NCBI GenBank assembly: GCA_031411295.1
Contig: JANOAV010000118.1
Coordinates: 1 to 16,592, forward strand
Source: Verrucomicrobiales bacterium
Lineage (GTDB): Bacteria > Verrucomicrobiota > Verrucomicrobiia > Verrucomicrobiales > V1-33
Direction of reading: 5' to 3'
DNA length: 16,592 nucleotides
This document shows positions 15,901 to 16,592 of this stretch, piece after piece. Under the pieces are notes generated by a model that was not told where the DNA came from, did no database searches, and worked only from the letters and a program-made list of their open reading frames with translations. A program made the position numbers and the translations under genes. Within the stretch, counting starts at the first letter, position 1; each line of letters begins with the position of its first letter.

Positions 15901-16592
15901 CATAGGCCTTGAAAGAATAGTTGGAACTGGCGGTCAGGCCAGTCGCACTCACCGTGAAGGTTCCCGTGCTCCCGGTCGTCGTCAGTTGCGTGACTCCAGG
16001 GCCGCTCAGCACTGGATTCGCATTGGCTGAGGTGAGGGCATAAACGACGCCTCGCTCGATGATGTCGGTGCCGCCGTCGAAGGTGACATTTCCGCCTAGC
16101 GTAGCCGCTCTGCCCGTGATCCCGGCCACCGTAGGCGTAGCGATGGCCGGAACCACGGCGGCTACCACGACGGTAAACGTCCCCGTCCCCAGATTGCCAG
16201 CCGCATCCGCAGCTGTCATCGTGACCGTCGTGGTGCCGATGGGGAATATCGTGCCGCTGGCCTGTGAATACGTCAGCGAAGCCACGGCCACATTATCCGT
16301 GGCCGATCCCGCCGCGTAAGTCACCGCCGCCCCGGCCGCGCTCGTGGCCACGATGCCCGTGACATTTGCATGGGCCGCCACCACTGGCACATCGTTGTCA
16401 GTGACCGTGATGGTGATCGTCCCCGTGGCAGTGCCGCCATTTCCATCGCTTACGGTGTAGGTGAAACTGCCGCTCCCCGTGAAGTTGGCATCGGGCGTGA
16501 ACGTCACGCTCGTCGCCAAGACGGAGTTCACCGTCAGCCCGCTCACCGCCACGGCGGAAATGATCGACACCGTGTCCCCGTCCGCATCAGGG
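9956..16592 (-). CDS. Giant modular secreted/surface protein (partial, 5' end beyond window): Ig-like/Big_9, HYR, FN3-like, 2 NHL-type beta-propellers, RCC1-like propeller, choice-of-anchor-D/ASH-like, cadherin-like domains
   Basis: The frame is open to the window edge (PDADGDTVSIIS...). Motifs: FTPDANFTGSGSFTYTVSDG (Big_9), FPIGTTTVT.TAADAAGN (HYR), GLTASSNYSFKAYATN (FN3-like), G.AFDAAGNLYVS (NHL, about 15080-15840 and 10700-11470), AWG.N..GQLGNG/HSLALCSDGT (RCC1, about 12480-13650), FTITNSG...NDADENPF, IAENNAANATVGTLSATDVD (cadherin), and C-terminal DFDGDGVSNLLEFAFG...FFRL. Confidence 0.93.
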   Translation of the reverse strand, partial: PDADGDTVSIISAVAVSGLTVNSVLATSVTFTPDANFTGSGSFTYTVSDGNGGTATGTITITVTDNDVPVVAAHANVTGIVATSAAGAAVTYAAGSATDNVAVASLTYSQASGTIFPIGTTTVTMTAADAAGNLGTGTFTVVVAAVVPAIATPTVAGITGRAATLGGNVTFDGGTDIIERGVVYALTSANANPVLSGPGVTQLTTTGSTGTFTVSATGLTASSNYSFKAYATNSVGTTYTSVGTFTTAVIPALYVPAEAGDSLFVSLDGGTIRQFSAAGVDMGVAASTSYSQADGMAFDAAGNLYVSGYANGSVGKITPGGVFSTVATGTNPNGLAFDAAGNLYISFFTTGISKVTPAGSGGTFAPIAGNAGLAFDPAGNLYASGQSTNRVRKITPAGTVSAFIPSGLSTPQDMAFDSTGNLYVANYGSNTVQKFSAAGTDLGVFASAHLSSPVGLAFDAAGNLYVSNTGNNTVWKFSPSGADLGQFASTGTTGLRKLAFYRPRTVAPTVTTNAATGTTTSGVTLNATVSSSNGQTTDVTFQYSTNATLSSGVTTTTVQTLASNASGTAVNKAISGLAAHTQYFFRVSGANSTGTTNGAILNFTTGNTLPTAPNGPATGTTGDPKTITVNFPATDADGDTVAITSAAAVSGLTVNSFTGTSVTFTPAASFTGSGSFTYTVSDGNGGTATGTVTITVTDNDVPVVAAHANVTGIVATSAAGATVTYAAGSATDNVGVASLTYSQASGTVFPIGTTTVTITAADAAGNLGTGTFTVVVAASAPSIATPTVADITENSATLGGNVTFDGGASIGGRGVVYALTSANANPVLSGPGVTQLTTTGSTGTFTVSATGLTASSNYSFKAYATNTVGTTYTSVGTFTTSTTLTVIPADYSSASIIPVTATSFTATGKTVNITLSYAPVAGTNLTVVKNTGLGFITGTFSNLAQGELVTRTFGGTTYKFVANYSGGTGNDLVLQWADVRAMAWGKNGSGQLGNGSSGSGTNSNAPVNVLTSGVLANKTVIAVATGTEHSLALCSDGTLAAWGGNAAGQLGNGNNNPSIVPAVVPQTSGGLLNKKVIAIAAGYLHSVALCSDGTVAAWGENSYGQLGNSTNGNSTTPVAVTVSGVLLDRKVVAISTGLYHNVALCSDGTLAAWGRNTEGQLGNGNNNASNFPVTVVQTSGALFNKNVIAIASGQYHNLALCADGTLAAWGANGFGQLGNGNNNTSNTPVPVLQTSGILSTRTVNAIAAGGYHCLALCSDGTLAAWGYNNSGQLGKGDTGNSNAPLPVLQSSGPLLTKTIIGVAAGDAHSLAVCSDGTMASWGRNVEGQLGNTVSNQSPTPVLVSASPLAAGERFIQANSGVYDTHTLALVAAPPLTAPEIAVSGNSVDIADGDSTPSATDYTDFGSTATTGGTVVRAFTITNSGTAALTLGTVTVSGTDFTVTTAPTSPVAAASSTTFQVTFNPSANGLRSATLSFTNNDADENPFNFSIQGSGLNSAPTAIAPTTFSIAENNAANATVGTLSATDVDTADILAFSLVGGTGSTDNASFTIPIGGTALKLTPSANYEAKSSYAIRIGVSDGQGGTFEQPFVIAVTNVNEAPTFTVGANQSIISTTSPQSVSGFISSFDDGDSTVTQSLTFSITGNTNASLFTTAPAISSSGALTYTPNGTAGTASISVTMTDDANINSTPALTTAAQTFTITISTAIPSLYVPALTGDSLFVSLDGGTVRQFSAAGVDLGVAASTGYSQADGIAFDASGNLYVSGYADAAVGKITPGGVFTTFATGGNPNGLAFDSAGNLYISFLGLRLGEISRVTPAGSVSTFATLGHTAGVAFDVAGNLYASNQSTHQAKRVTPGGSVTTFIPSGLNTPQDVAFDSTGNLYVTNYGANTVRRFSAAGTDLGVFASAHLSNPVGLAFDAAGNLYVSNTGNNTVWKFSPSGADLGQFASTGATGVRKLAFHRPRTTGPLSTNANLSGLSLTGVTLSPAFSSSTLSYTATVPNSTTNINFTATLASSLATKSGSNSPLSVPVGDTTLTVLVTAQDGITTKTYTVVITRETQALSTWNNTNFGGAITNTAPTDDFDGDGVSNLLEFAFGMSPTATSRPSVTYSGNFTTVGTVVPTGEPIIATQNPGAAEIHWALFTRRKDYVAAKLVYTTKFSSNLSTYQDSVAEPTVLADDGVNQLVGVPYPTLLSNGQPPKFFRLALSILP

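Noticed and set aside
9483..16319. Many plus-strand ORFs opposite the surface-protein genes
   Set aside because: They are antisense shadows of a strongly codon-biased, repetitive CDS.

Overview
The window has two parts. The left part (1-9041) holds the right end of an IS630-family element, an AT-rich promoter-like stretch, a 15 x 21-bp palindromic tandem array and a type I restriction-modification operon (hsdM-hsdS...hsdR, EcoAI/type IB-like). Four cargo genes sit between hsdS and hsdR: a polyvalent-type kinase, a DUF429 RNase H-fold protein, an ASCH protein and a four-helix-bundle/zinc-ribbon protein. The most striking structure is that the cargo genes are separated by copies of the hsdS 3' end (a 99-bp copy, a 45-bp copy and a possible degenerate one), like a cassette array built on the hsdS tail. 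One copy is an intact 36-aa mini-ORF. The kinase 5' end overlaps a second 56-aa ORF. The four-helix-bundle gene is bracketed by 9-bp-period GAC/GTC repeat blocks that could loop it out. The right part (9042-16592, minus strand) holds a REP-like doublet, a terminator, a 5'-truncated PEP-CTERM gene remnant and a giant (>2200 aa, running off the window) modular surface protein with internally duplicated modules. Protein style suggests Verrucomicrobia (inference). All family calls come from motif recognition by eye, not database searches.
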